DNA of 64,000 bases from Gammaproteobacteria bacterium (GTDB lineage Bacteria > Pseudomonadota > Gammaproteobacteria > Eutrophobiales > Eutrophobiaceae). The stretch spans positions 1,248,001 to 1,312,000 of the forward strand of contig OZ250183.1 in the NCBI GenBank assembly GCA_965238225.1, written 5' to 3'. Shown one piece after another: positions 22,227 through 31,921 of the stretch (positions within the stretch are counted from its first letter, which is position 1; every line of letters begins with the position of its first letter). A program made the position numbers and the translations under genes. The notes under the pieces are model-generated. The model worked only from the letters and a program-made list of their open reading frames with translations. It had not been told where the DNA came from and did not search any database.

Positions 22227-22859
22227 TTATACAGCCCCCTCTCCAGAAAGCACTTCTCTTTCAGATAATACCTCATCAATCAAACCATAATCTCTAGCTT
22301 CTTCAGCACTTTTAAAATTATCTCGCTCGGTATCTTCACAGATGATTTCCAATGACTGGCCTGTATGCTTTGCAAGAATCATATTAAGCTGCTCTCTTGC
22401 CTTGAGAATTTCGCGCGCATGGATGTCAAAATCTGATGCTTGACCCTGAAAACCACCTAGCGGTTGGTGAATCATCACCCGTGAGTGTGGCAAACAATAG
22501 CGCTTGCCGTGTGCGCCGCCTGTCAATAATAATGAACCCATACTGGCAGCCTGCCCTACACACATGGTACTAACATCAGGCTTAATGAACTGCATGGTAT
22601 CATATACAGCCAAACCAGCAGGTACAGAACCTCCGGGGGAATTGATATAAAGGTGAATATCCTTATCAGGATTCTCTGATTCTAGAAACAAAAACTGAGC
22701 GATAATTAAATTCGCGACATTATCTTCAACAGACCCTACCAAAAAGATGACTCTTTCTTTCAGGAGTCTGGAATAAATATCATAAGAACGCTCGCCTCTT
22801 GGAGTCTGCTCAACCACCATAGGGACAAGATTAAGCGACTCTATATTCTTGTTTTTCAT
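22227..22859 (-). CDS. clpP: Clp protease proteolytic subunit
   Basis: [26 protein letters not shown]. Confidence 0.98.
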   Translation of the reverse strand: MKNKNIESLNLVPMVVEQTPRGERSYDIYSRLLKERVIFLVGSVEDNVANLIIAQFLFLESENPDKDIHLYINSPGGSVPAGLAVYDTMQFIKPDVSTMCVGQAASMGSLLLTGGAHGKRYCLPHSRVMIHQPLGGFQGQASDFDIHAREILKAREQLNMILAKHTGQSLEIICEDTERDNFKSAEEARDYGLIDEVLSEREVLSGEGAV

Positions 22860-22896
22860 GAGAATTATATCTTCTTTATCTTGTATTTTGCAAGGC

Positions 22897-24216
22897 TTAA
22901 GCTTGCGCAGTCTGCCCTTTATTAATTAATGCGTCAAACGCCAATTTTGTTTCATTCACCTGGGCTTTGCCCATAATCCAGTCAATCACCTCCCCCTCAA
23001 GTGCCAAGGCTTCAACCTCAGCCAACCTAGCTTTATCTGAGTAATACCAATTAATCATCTCAGGAGTATCTTCATAAGCTGCCGCTGCTTTTTCAATCAT
23101 ACTGCGCACCTTTGCGGGGTTTACCTTGATTCCATTGGTTTTAACAATATCTGCAACTAATAATTGTAAGGTCGCTTTTTTTTCAGCTTGCTCATGAAAC
23201 ATAGCAGCGTCAGGCATCGGCACATCCTCCTCACTCAAACCCTGCTGTTGTAGTGTTGATTTGTATTGTGCCTGCAATCGTTTTATTTCATTAGCGAGCA
23301 AAGATGGCGGCAAATCTATCTTGTTTGTCTCGTAAAGCTTTTGCAGAACAGACTCTTTAACTTTATTTAAAGTCACCTGCTCAGACTCGCGCTCCATGTT
23401 TTTACGTATTTCTGCTTTAAATCCCTCCAAACCGCCTTCTGTTACACCTAAAGTGGCGAATAATTCTTTATCTAATTGAGGTAAGACAAGCTCATTAACA
23501 ATTTTCACATCGACTTCAAAATCAGTATTTTTGCCCGCAAGTTCCTTGCTGGCATATTCTTTCGAAAATTGAAGCTTTAGGATTTTTTTATCTCCAGCCT
23601 TCGCACCAATCAATCCATCCTCAAACCCTTCGATAAATTTTTTTGCGCCCAATTCAAGATGAAAATCTTTTGCCGTACCGCCTGTAAATGCCTCTCCATC
23701 AATACGACCGATAAAATCGATAACGACAGAGTCGCCCTCAAGAGCTTCTCGCTCTACAGCTATGGGCTTTCGATGCTGCTTACGCACGGTTTCAACCATT
23801 TTATCAACATCATCGTCTGATACCTTGCATACAGGTTTTTCTATGCTTAATTTTTCTATAGGGGCAAGGGTAATCTCTGGTAAAACCTCTATTTTTACAG
23901 TAAAAATAAGCCCTTCTGTCTGTTCAACATCAAAATCTTCTAGCTTAGGTCTCGTAGCGGGCTGCAATTTTTCCCGCGTAATAGCTTCGTACAAACTGTT
24001 TTGCATGGTCTCGCTAATCACTTCCTGACGAATCTTCGCACCATATTGTTTTTGCATAAGCTGCAAGGGTGCCTTGCCTCGGCGAAAGCCCTTGATGCGA
24101 GCTGTCTTGCGCATCGATTGCAATCTATTTTGCATCTCGGTGGCAATTTTTTCCTCTGGCACTTCTATTTTTAATCGTTTTTCCAGAGATCCGATGGATT
24201 CAACTGATACTTGCAT
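22897..24216 (-). CDS. tig: Trigger factor
   Basis: GFRRGKAP ribosome-binding motif, FKBP domain. Confidence 0.96.
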   Translation of the reverse strand: MQVSVESIGSLEKRLKIEVPEEKIATEMQNRLQSMRKTARIKGFRRGKAPLQLMQKQYGAKIRQEVISETMQNSLYEAITREKLQPATRPKLEDFDVEQTEGLIFTVKIEVLPEITLAPIEKLSIEKPVCKVSDDDVDKMVETVRKQHRKPIAVEREALEGDSVVIDFIGRIDGEAFTGGTAKDFHLELGAKKFIEGFEDGLIGAKAGDKKILKLQFSKEYASKELAGKNTDFEVDVKIVNELVLPQLDKELFATLGVTEGGLEGFKAEIRKNMERESEQVTLNKVKESVLQKLYETNKIDLPPSLLANEIKRLQAQYKSTLQQQGLSEEDVPMPDAAMFHEQAEKKATLQLLVADIVKTNGIKVNPAKVRSMIEKAAAAYEDTPEMINWYYSDKARLAEVEALALEGEVIDWIMGKAQVNETKLAFDALINKGQTAQA

Positions 24217-24303
24217 CTATAATTCCTAAACTCCTTAAGCTTTTAAATGTACTTGAGACCACAGTTAAATCTGTTTGGTGTTTCAAAGATAGCATGAAAT
24301 AAA

Positions 24304-24388
<85 letters not shown>

Positions 24389-24684
24389 ATAGGGCTTTCT
24401 TCCCAAAACCAATGAAACGATGAAGCGCAGTTATTATAAGGCTTGAATTATACTTTGTAACCTCCGTATAACATATTGTTTTATATAGTATTTCAATAAG
24501 AAATTGGATTGGATAAAAAAATAGCCACTTTAATTATGAATATTAGAGGTAAAATGCGCCTAAAGCCCAAACAAAGTCTTGTCTAAAAATAAAATAATAA
24601 ACCGACATGCAGCTTCATGTAAAATCACTAAAACTGAGGGCTGCTAAAGCGGATGATATAGATTATAAGCTAGGAGGAAGGTTT

Positions 24685-24984
24685 TTAGAGGCATTCTTCG
24701 CCAAATGATCGACACATCCTGCGACATTTTTGCTGCCCAGTCTTGGGGTTAATAATACAATCCCGGCTCCATTCGCCGCAGATTGTCACACATTTCTTTC
24801 CTTCGCCTTGAGTCTCACCTGGGCTGGAAATCACCATTTCACCTGAATCAGGAAGAATCAAATCCCCAGATTGAGGCTCGAAAATTGATGCTTCTTCATT
24901 TTCAGCAAACGCCTGTGTAGCGTACAGCGTAATAAGACAAAAGAGCAGAGGTGTAAATAAGATTTTCAAAATTAATCTATACAT
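24685..24984 (-). CDS. Small exported protein with six C-terminal cysteines
   Basis: Likely start MYRLILK at 24984; signal peptide ending AFA; CVTIC..C..CRRMC..CL. Confidence 0.6.
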   Translation of the reverse strand: MYRLILKILFTPLLFCLITLYATQAFAENEEASIFEPQSGDLILPDSGEMVISSPGETQGEGKKCVTICGEWSRDCIINPKTGQQKCRRMCRSFGEECL

Positions 24985-25297
24985 GTGTGTCGTAGATTCT
25001 GGATATGTTTCTGTTATGGAAGTTAGACAAATATTTCTCTGATTGTTCCGCAATTGACACCTTTAAATATGAAATATTTTTTCGAAAGACACCAAAAGTT
25101 GATTAAGCGATTTCCGGATAATATAGCAGAATTCACGGATAAACAAAATTTACTGGCCAGTTGACTCTAGATTTCAGAATTCTACCTTTTATCGCACATG
25201 CACAGCCATGTGCGCCCTGTGACAGAACATTTATTATGAGATGGCAACAGATAAACTTGCCGAAGAGATTAGGCTTTTTGCAAATGGTAATGAAAAG

Positions 25298-25768
25298 TTA
25301 AAACAGGTTTTTGATAAATTTCGAAAGAACAAAACCATGAATTGTGAGAAAGACCCACGGAATGTATACCTCAATGTGGGTAAATGGTAGATACAGTTTC
25401 TTGTTAGTGCCACGCTGTACTTTATCCCACTCTAAATCATAAGGTGCCGATGGTAACTCCGCCTCCATTTCATGAATTACCGCAAACTTTGCTGTATTCA
25501 GGTCTTTGTATGATTTTATTAGCCTAGACCACATTAAACATAACGCAATACCAGCTAACGCTATCAACCAATTAAAGCTAGCGCTGGTTTGTGCGCCAAA
25601 ATTGATATAACTCACTAATGCGATTAGCGCGGTGTTTACTGAAAGAAAAAATGAATTAGCAGTTTGTCTTCTTGCGCTTACTCTGTCCGCCATTTCAACA
25701 AATAGCTTATATTGCTCAAGTAGGTGAGCGTTGTACTCTAAACCGTATTCACTTTGACTTTTTGACAT
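25298..25768 (-). CDS. Small membrane protein resembling RipA/Rip1-like oligomeric membrane effectors
   Basis: LEQYKLFVEMADRVSARRQTANSFFLSVN, two TM helices, LNTAKFAVIHEME..LP, hydrophobic tail; family recalled from memory. Confidence 0.6.
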   Translation of the reverse strand: MSKSQSEYGLEYNAHLLEQYKLFVEMADRVSARRQTANSFFLSVNTALIALVSYINFGAQTSASFNWLIALAGIALCLMWSRLIKSYKDLNTAKFAVIHEMEAELPSAPYDLEWDKVQRGTNKKLYLPFTHIEVYIPWVFLTIHGFVLSKFIKNLF

Positions 25769-25777
25769 ATGCGTTAA

Positions 25778-26158
25778 CTACAGGCTATTAATAAAGTCTG
25801 TAATTGCCGACCACGTCCAATTTACGACTTTTGTGCCTGCAAGTTGCGGGGGTATTTGACCTTTATCATCATTATGGATATGAACACCAATCATAGGTAT
25901 TTCTTCATCATTAGCGCACTGCATCTCCCATTTAGCACCATCTGAGATTCTAGTGTTTTTACTTATTAATGCAATTACACCGTCACAGCCTCTAATTCTG
26001 GTGCGGCAGTTTGTTTTCCATTTTGTATCCCACGCTTGTTTCGCAGATAAGTCAATGTACTTAAATGGCGAATCGGCTTTTAAGGATTGGCCTTTTAATA
26101 AATCACGAGAGTTAACATCTTCAATAGCAAAACTGATAAATATCCCTTTTGTAACCAT
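25778..26158 (-). CDS. Stand-alone TIR domain protein (ThsB/MTH538-like)
   Basis: IFISF..ED, RIRGCDGVIALIS, AKWE with conserved Glu, IPMIGV. Confidence 0.8.
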   Translation of the reverse strand: MVTKGIFISFAIEDVNSRDLLKGQSLKADSPFKYIDLSAKQAWDTKWKTNCRTRIRGCDGVIALISKNTRISDGAKWEMQCANDEEIPMIGVHIHNDDKGQIPPQLAGTKVVNWTWSAITDFINSL

Positions 26159-26293
26159 TTTAACTTCCTCTATTATTGTGGTTATCCTTGTTCATACTTA
26201 TGGGTATTTCTGGAGAATTCAATGCCTGCGGTTAAATTTTATAGGTATAACTATTAAGCAGACAACCCTTAACATACAATCTTAGAGATAATT

Positions 26294-26369
<76 letters not shown>

Positions 26370-26387
26370 TGTTTTGATGGGTAAAAA

Positions 26388-26464
26388 TGGGGTGACTGAT
26401 GGGGCTCGAACCCACGACCACCGGGATCACAACCCGGGGCTCTACCAACTGAGCTACAGTCACC
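26388..26464 (-). tRNA. tRNA-His(GTG)
   Basis: G-1 GTGACTGTAGCTCAGTTGGTAGAGCCCCGGGTT-GTG-ATCCCGG...CCCA. Confidence 0.96.
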
Positions 26465-26478
26465 ATAAAATCTTGATT

Positions 26479-27039
26479 TGGTGCGCCTGGCAGGACTCGA
26501 ACCTGCTACCCTCGGCTTAGCTTACCAACTACGCCTTTCGACGCCCTGATTATAACAAGTTTGTGGTCTGGACTATCTCTTCACCATTACAGGTGTCACA
26601 CGTATAGTCTCTACGGAATCCATCTAAAATCAGACGCCAAATTTACATTTTTTGACTGATTACCTGTAGGTATTTTTACCCTCAAAATGATTAAACCAAT
26701 AACAGCAAATGGCGTATGCCAAGTCAATGGGTTCAAAACAATGAGCCCTTAGTCGATTTAATCATCGATTTAATCAAGTTAAGCCTTTAAAATACCCATG
26801 CCGCCCTTCTCGCTTAGCATGCTACATATAGAATATAGTATGCTCATGCCAATATGAGGCAGCCACCGGTTTCCTCGGGATTGCCATCAGCACAGACTGC
26901 ACAGCCTGTCTGTTAAGGGTTCCCCGATATAGTGCGATCCACTTTATAGGTTTTGTTTTCCTATAAAGGCTCCTATTTCAAACACAAACAAGTGTTTGAT
27001 GTTAAAGGCCGATGCTCTATCCAAATGAGCTACAGACGC
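26479..27039 (-). tRNA. tRNA-Arg(TCT) split by an intron: 5' exon 27039-27005, 3' exon 26520-26479
   Basis: Joined exons give a 77-nt cloverleaf GCGTCTGTAGCTCATTTGGATAGAGCATCGGCCTT|CTAAGCCGAGGGTAGCAGGTTCGAGTCCTGCCAGGCGCACCA. Confidence 0.93.
26521..27004 (-). ncRNA. Group I intron, 484 nt, in the tRNA-Arg anticodon
   Basis: P ATATCGGGGAA (26930-26920), Q GCAATCCCGAGG (26884-26873), R CGTAGAGACTATA (26615-26603), S AAGAGATAGTCC (26581-26570); U before 5' splice site; terminal G at 26521. Confidence 0.92.
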
Positions 27040-27058
27040 AAATATCACACCAAATTAT

Positions 27059-27135
27059 TGGTCGGGGCAGAGAGATTCGAACTCCCGACCCTCTGCTCCC
27101 AAAGCAGATGCGCTACCAAGCTGCGCTATGCCCCG
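27059..27135 (-). tRNA. tRNA-Pro(TGG)
   Basis: CGGGGCATAGCGCAGCTTGGTAGCGCATCTGCTT-TGG-GAGCAGA...CCA. Confidence 0.96.
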
Positions 27136-27233
27136 ACATATCTCTTACTGCCTGCACTGAAGCAGGATGGCGATGATACGCACCAGTATAGTTTGCGTCA
27201 ATTGGCCAAGGCCGCTTAAAAGACACAAATACA

Positions 27234-28619
27234 TCAAGATCGTTGCCAAAGCGTTCCTTCCGCAGCATCTTCTAGAGAGATATTTTCGCTTGCCAGTAAA
27301 TCTCGAATTCGATCAGATTCTGCAAAATCTTTATTTTTTCGTGCTTCGTTGCGCTGCGCTATCAGAGATTCTATTTTGTCATCACTAAGACTGGATAAAA
27401 GAGCGCCAGCGCCACGCTTTAGAAACACCTCTGGAGATTCCCTCAACAGACCCAAAATACCCGCAAGCATTTTTAATGTGGAGGCGAGTTTTTCTGCGCG
27501 GGTCAGATTATTGTCTTTGTTTTTATTCGTTTCATGAGCAAGTTCGTGTAATAAAGCAATTGCTTTTGGCGTATTAAAGTCATCCTCCATGATTTCATTA
27601 AATCGTGATATATAAAGCGCCTCAACATCATCATTAAGGCTTAGCCCACGTAAAGAAGTATACAAACCTTTCAATGCAGCTTTCGCTTCATTCAGGTTAG
27701 TTAATGAGTAATTTAATGGGCTACGGTAATGACTTGCCAGAATAAAAAAACGCACTTCTTCGGCTTTGTATTTTTTCAAAACTTCACGAATAGTAAAAAA
27801 ATTGTTTAATGATTTGGACATCTTATCTTCATCAATCTGGACAAACCCATTATGCATCCATAAATTCACGAAGGTTTTTCCTGTCGCGCCTTCTGACTGG
27901 GCAATTTCATTTTCATGGTGAGGAAACTGTAAATCTTGTCCGCCACCATGAATATCGAAATGTTCACCGAGGCAATATGTAGACATTGCAGAACACTCTA
28001 TATGCCAGCCTGGTCTTCCTTTCCCCCACGGGGATTGAAAGCTAGGCTCATTTGGTTTGCTCATCTTCCAAAGCACGAAATCGAGCGGGTCATCTTTTGC
28101 TTCCTGTACATGAACTCGCTCTCCGGCTCTTAATTCATCAATCACCTTGCCCGATAATTTTCCATAGCTTGGGAATGCACTGATATCAAAAAACACATCA
28201 CCGTGGGGAGACACGTAGGCATATTTATTTTCAATCAATTGATGAATCATACTGATAATTTGCGCGATATGTTCTGTGGCTTTTGGTTCTGCGTTAGGAG
28301 GTATCACCGAAAGAGCAACGGCATCTTCATTCATCGCAACAATAAAACGCTCAGTCAGCTCAGATGTACCTTCATTATTTTCCCCAGCGCGTTTTATAAT
28401 TTTGTCGTCAATATCGGTAATATTTCGTACATAATTGACATCTAAACCCAATGACCTCATATAACGCACGACCATATCAAACACTACCATAACGCGCGCA
28501 TGTCCAATATGACAGAAATCATAAACCGTCATGCCGCAAACGTACATGCGCACCTTGCCTGGCTCAATTGGTTTAAATTTCTGTTTTTTGCCTGTCAGGC
28601 TGTTAAAAATTTTCAACAT
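27234..28619 (-). CDS. cysS: Cysteine--tRNA ligase
   Basis: [30 protein letters not shown]. Confidence 0.98.
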   Translation of the reverse strand: MLKIFNSLTGKKQKFKPIEPGKVRMYVCGMTVYDFCHIGHARVMVVFDMVVRYMRSLGLDVNYVRNITDIDDKIIKRAGENNEGTSELTERFIVAMNEDAVALSVIPPNAEPKATEHIAQIISMIHQLIENKYAYVSPHGDVFFDISAFPSYGKLSGKVIDELRAGERVHVQEAKDDPLDFVLWKMSKPNEPSFQSPWGKGRPGWHIECSAMSTYCLGEHFDIHGGGQDLQFPHHENEIAQSEGATGKTFVNLWMHNGFVQIDEDKMSKSLNNFFTIREVLKKYKAEEVRFFILASHYRSPLNYSLTNLNEAKAALKGLYTSLRGLSLNDDVEALYISRFNEIMEDDFNTPKAIALLHELAHETNKNKDNNLTRAEKLASTLKMLAGILGLLRESPEVFLKRGAGALLSSLSDDKIESLIAQRNEARKNKDFAESDRIRDLLASENISLEDAAEGTLWQRS

Positions 28620-28899
28620 ATATTAATTGTAAATGATCACAGTTCAAGGGTCGCTCATCGCTACCCTGTAACAGGGTACATCTATAAAGAGGCGCGCATA
28701 TTAACGAATCGCTTTCTAACTAACAATCTTATCAACCATATTGCAAAAGTTTGCATTTGTCATTTCCAACCTGCTATGAGAATTTCGCTTTAATTTATAG
28801 CTGCACGATAAATGTCTTTAGCATACACTGCTTATTATTTTATCAAATTTGGTATGCAAATTTATTGAAAATAATTAAAGATATTTTAAGAGGTAGTTA

Positions 28900-29284
28900 A
28901 TGTAAGGTTAAACTAAATACCAGTTTCGGATCAATTATCCTATCGCTTGATATCGAGTCATTTATGATTTTATGATTCAAGCAGGCGGAATGGGCGCTGA
29001 GATGAATGAAAAACTCACCTAGTGAGTGTATCAAGAATGAAGCCAATAATGGCTTGGAGAATTTAACCAGTGCTCAATTTTTTATCAACACCAATGATAA
29101 TACATTTCTAAATTTCAGTGCCAAAACAGATGAAGGTTGGGGTTATTGTGTTTTTGGCAAAGTTATCGAAGGTGAAGACACTGTCGATAAGATTGAAAAC
29201 GCATCGACAGCTGGCAAAACCAGATATCAGGATGTGCCGAAAAAGTTTATTGTTATTGAAAATGCCGAAATTATAGAAGATTAA
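28900..29284 (+). pseudogene. ppiB: Degraded cyclophilin PpiB
   Basis: Fragments in changing frames: VKLNTSFGSIILSLD / RVIYDFMIQAGG / IKNEANNGLEN / TSAQFFINT..N.FLNF / WGYCVFGKVIEG; GTIAMART block deleted; canonical position before lpxH. Confidence 0.85.
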
Positions 29285-29305
29285 AAAGTAAATATACGCT
29301 GCACC

Positions 29306-30043
29306 ATGGTAACGCTATTCATTTCAGATCTACATCTTTGTGCCGAGAGACCACAAAAAATAGCGCTTTTTAAGAAATTGCTACGCAGCGCAGCCAAAGA
29401 TGCTACATCACTTTACATCCTTGGAGATTTGTTTGAGACTTGGATCGGCAATGATGACAGAACACCGCCTTACGGAGAGATAATTACTGAACTTATATCT
29501 TATACGTCGACTGGCAATAAACTATTTATCATGCGCGGTAACCGCGACTACCTGATGAATCAGAAATTTGCAGAGAAGATTGGTGGGAAATTTCTGGATG
29601 ATGAGACGCTCATCACTTTAAACGACAAAAATATACTTTTAATGCATGGCGACACACTATGCGATGATGTAAAGTACCGGATTTTCCGCAGAATCATAAA
29701 TAATATTATTTCAAGAAATATTTTTATGTTGATTCCTTATGCGCTACGTATAAAAATCTGGCACAAAATAAGGAACGCTACTAAAAAATCAGTAGAGAAA
29801 AAACCTGAACATTTAACAGATGTCCATCAAGCCACCGTTGAAGCAAAGATGAAAAGTCATAATGTGCTTTGTTTAATACATGGACATACCCATCGACAGG
29901 CAATTCACGAATTCAAACTCGATGGACAAGATGCAAAAAGAATTGTGCTTGGAGACTGGTATAAACGCGATAGTATCCTTGTTGCAAATATAGAAGGTTT
30001 TAAACTGTTTAACGTTGATGACTATATCAATCAAAACCTATGA
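29306..30043 (+). CDS. lpxH: UDP-2,3-diacylglucosamine hydrolase
   Basis: FISDLHL, LGDLFE.WIG, GNRD, MHGD, IHGHTHR, VLGDW. Confidence 0.93.
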   Translation: MVTLFISDLHLCAERPQKIALFKKLLRSAAKDATSLYILGDLFETWIGNDDRTPPYGEIITELISYTSTGNKLFIMRGNRDYLMNQKFAEKIGGKFLDDETLITLNDKNILLMHGDTLCDDVKYRIFRRIINNIISRNIFMLIPYALRIKIWHKIRNATKKSVEKKPEHLTDVHQATVEAKMKSHNVLCLIHGHTHRQAIHEFKLDGQDAKRIVLGDWYKRDSILVANIEGFKLFNVDDYINQNL

Positions 30044-30907
30044 CAGCACACCTGCTATCGTCATCACCCCAAGAACCGTTAACCAGACAATTAAGGTTCT
30101 ATTGAGCAATCCTTGAATTGCCCTTACCCAGTAGGATCTATCCAAACTATCCTCTTTTGTGTCTCTTTTTGGACGATAATGAAGCGCGCCGAGACCAGAA
30201 GAAATCAAGGCAGATTCATTTGCGGAAAAAGAACTATCTTCGTTCGCTTTCCATGCCTCCATCGCCTCAAGCATATTGCCAGCCAAGGCATTGCCCATGG
30301 CAAACAAGCGCGCCGAAGGCCAATTTAAAATATGATTCAAATATGCAACAGAATCTGCATGGGCACCATGCACGTCCTGATATTTGTGTTTCAAGATATT
30401 TGCTAAACGGTAAAGCATGGCGCCAAAAGACCCCAGCATAATAAACCAGAAAATCACTGCATAAATACGCTCATTGGCCTCAACAAAAATGCTACCAATA
30501 ATCTCTTGTTCATTTTTACTAGGATGAGGTGCAGATAATGAACGACAAAGCTCGCCTGCATAATGTCTTGCTTTTTCATCATCTTCAGTATCCAACGCTT
30601 CAGCATATGCATGCAAAGATTTATTAAGAAAAATTGGCCCAACTGAGTTTAGTAATACAATCAAAGCAAATAAATAACTTAGCGGGAAAAATATTGTGTT
30701 TAGGCCATAATCAATAAAAAACACTAATAACAATGGCCCCGCCAAAGTTATGCAAACGCCAATAGCACTATTCCAGTATCTGGATTGGAGAAATTTATTT
30801 TCCAGCCAATCGTTATATCGACTAAACCATGTGAATTGACGAATATTATCCAGTACGCACAAAAAATATTCTAAAGCCAGTCCACATAAAATAATTATCA
30901 AGGTCAT
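30038..30907 (-). CDS. ampE: AmpE-family membrane protein
   Basis: Multi-TM, AVIFWF..LG..GAMLYRL, ARL..MG.ALAGN; follows ampD. Confidence 0.8.
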   Translation of the reverse strand: MTLIIILCGLALEYFLCVLDNIRQFTWFSRYNDWLENKFLQSRYWNSAIGVCITLAGPLLLVFFIDYGLNTIFFPLSYLFALIVLLNSVGPIFLNKSLHAYAEALDTEDDEKARHYAGELCRSLSAPHPSKNEQEIIGSIFVEANERIYAVIFWFIMLGSFGAMLYRLANILKHKYQDVHGAHADSVAYLNHILNWPSARLFAMGNALAGNMLEAMEAWKANEDSSFSANESALISSGLGALHYRPKRDTKEDSLDRSYWVRAIQGLLNRTLIVWLTVLGVMTIAGVLS

Positions 30908-30922
30908 ATTTTATTGCTCACG

Positions 30923-31495
30923 TTAAAACTTTAATAATGAATAATATTTACCCCAATCAAACATCGCTCCTGGGTCTGTTTTTCTATCTGGCGCGATATG
31001 ACAATGTCCGATGATTCTCTGTTTGGTTATTTTAGGCCAAAACCGAATAATTGCCTCAGTTATATTTACCAAAGAATCATATTGCTTTTGAGTAAAGCGC
31101 ATATTATCACAACCTTCCAGCTCAATTCCTACAGAATAGTCGTTGCAATTCATCCGACCTTCATAGTCTGATATTCCTGCATGCCATGCACGCTGTGCAA
31201 AAGGGACATATTGAGTAATCAGACCTTTGCGATTGATTAATATGTGCGCAGAAACCTTAGGCAATGCAACCCCTGCAAAATAATGATGCTCTTTTGGGTT
31301 GAGTGAATTGGTGAAAAGCTGATCAATATATTCGCCGCCGAATTCTCCTAGAGGTAAACTGATACTGTGAATCACTAATAAATCTATCTCTGAGCCATCA
31401 GGTCTGTGGTCGTAATTAGGCGAAATAACTTTTCGAACACCTTTTATCCATTCGCCTTTGGTATCAATCTGTAATCTAGAATTTCTATCAATCAA
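30923..31495 (-). CDS. ampD: Anhydro-MurNAc-L-Ala amidase
   Basis: SPNYD.RP, VIHSISLP, VSAH, RAWHAG.S, GH..IAPDRKTDPG. Confidence 0.95.
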   Translation of the reverse strand: MIDRNSRLQIDTKGEWIKGVRKVISPNYDHRPDGSEIDLLVIHSISLPLGEFGGEYIDQLFTNSLNPKEHHYFAGVALPKVSAHILINRKGLITQYVPFAQRAWHAGISDYEGRMNCNDYSVGIELEGCDNMRFTQKQYDSLVNITEAIIRFWPKITKQRIIGHCHIAPDRKTDPGAMFDWGKYYSLLKF

Positions 31496-31921
31496 TTTTC
31501 TTACTTTATCCTGTTTCTTGATCTCTTATTCTTAAATCTCTCATTCTTCATCTTTTATCACTAACCTACACAACATTCTGCCTAAGGAAATACTTTAACA
31601 AGCTTATGTTAATAAGGATAAACAAACTGAGCACCACTAACAAAAAATAATTATATTAATCTCACATATATCGTCTTGCTGTATATTTAGGCTCTGATAT
31701 ATATCCCTAGGAAAATTTTTGATGAAACCTAGCCACAGCCTTGTTATGAAAGGCGTAGTAAATCAAGATAATGTTTATACGGGCAACATTGGAGGTTGAT
31801 TTCTCCATCCTGCTTCCTGCATCATAAGACACTGACAGAATGATAAATACCGACAGATTTCTAATCTAAGCAAAGAAATTCATAAACTAACCCCTCAACA
31901 AAATAATCTAAAGAGGCGCAT

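Noticed and set aside
25054-26293. Integrase or attR bounding the TIR module
   Set aside because: No duplicated tRNA-Lys 3' end or recombinase remnant could be seen
26479-26520. 3' tRNA fragment as a prophage attachment-site duplication
   Set aside because: The complementary 5' half lies 484 nt away with no overlap, the insert has ribozyme motifs, and no integrase is present
26619-26870. Homing endonuclease inside the intron
   Set aside because: Only short frames without nuclease motifs; region is base-paired instead
26953-27388. Track ORFs of 88 and 73 aa on + strand
   Set aside because: Antisense to the intron start, tRNA-Arg exon, tRNA-Pro and cysS
31496-31921. Glycine riboswitch upstream of the AGCS symporter
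   Set aside because: No GGAGA/CCGAAG/CTCTCAGG core motifs found
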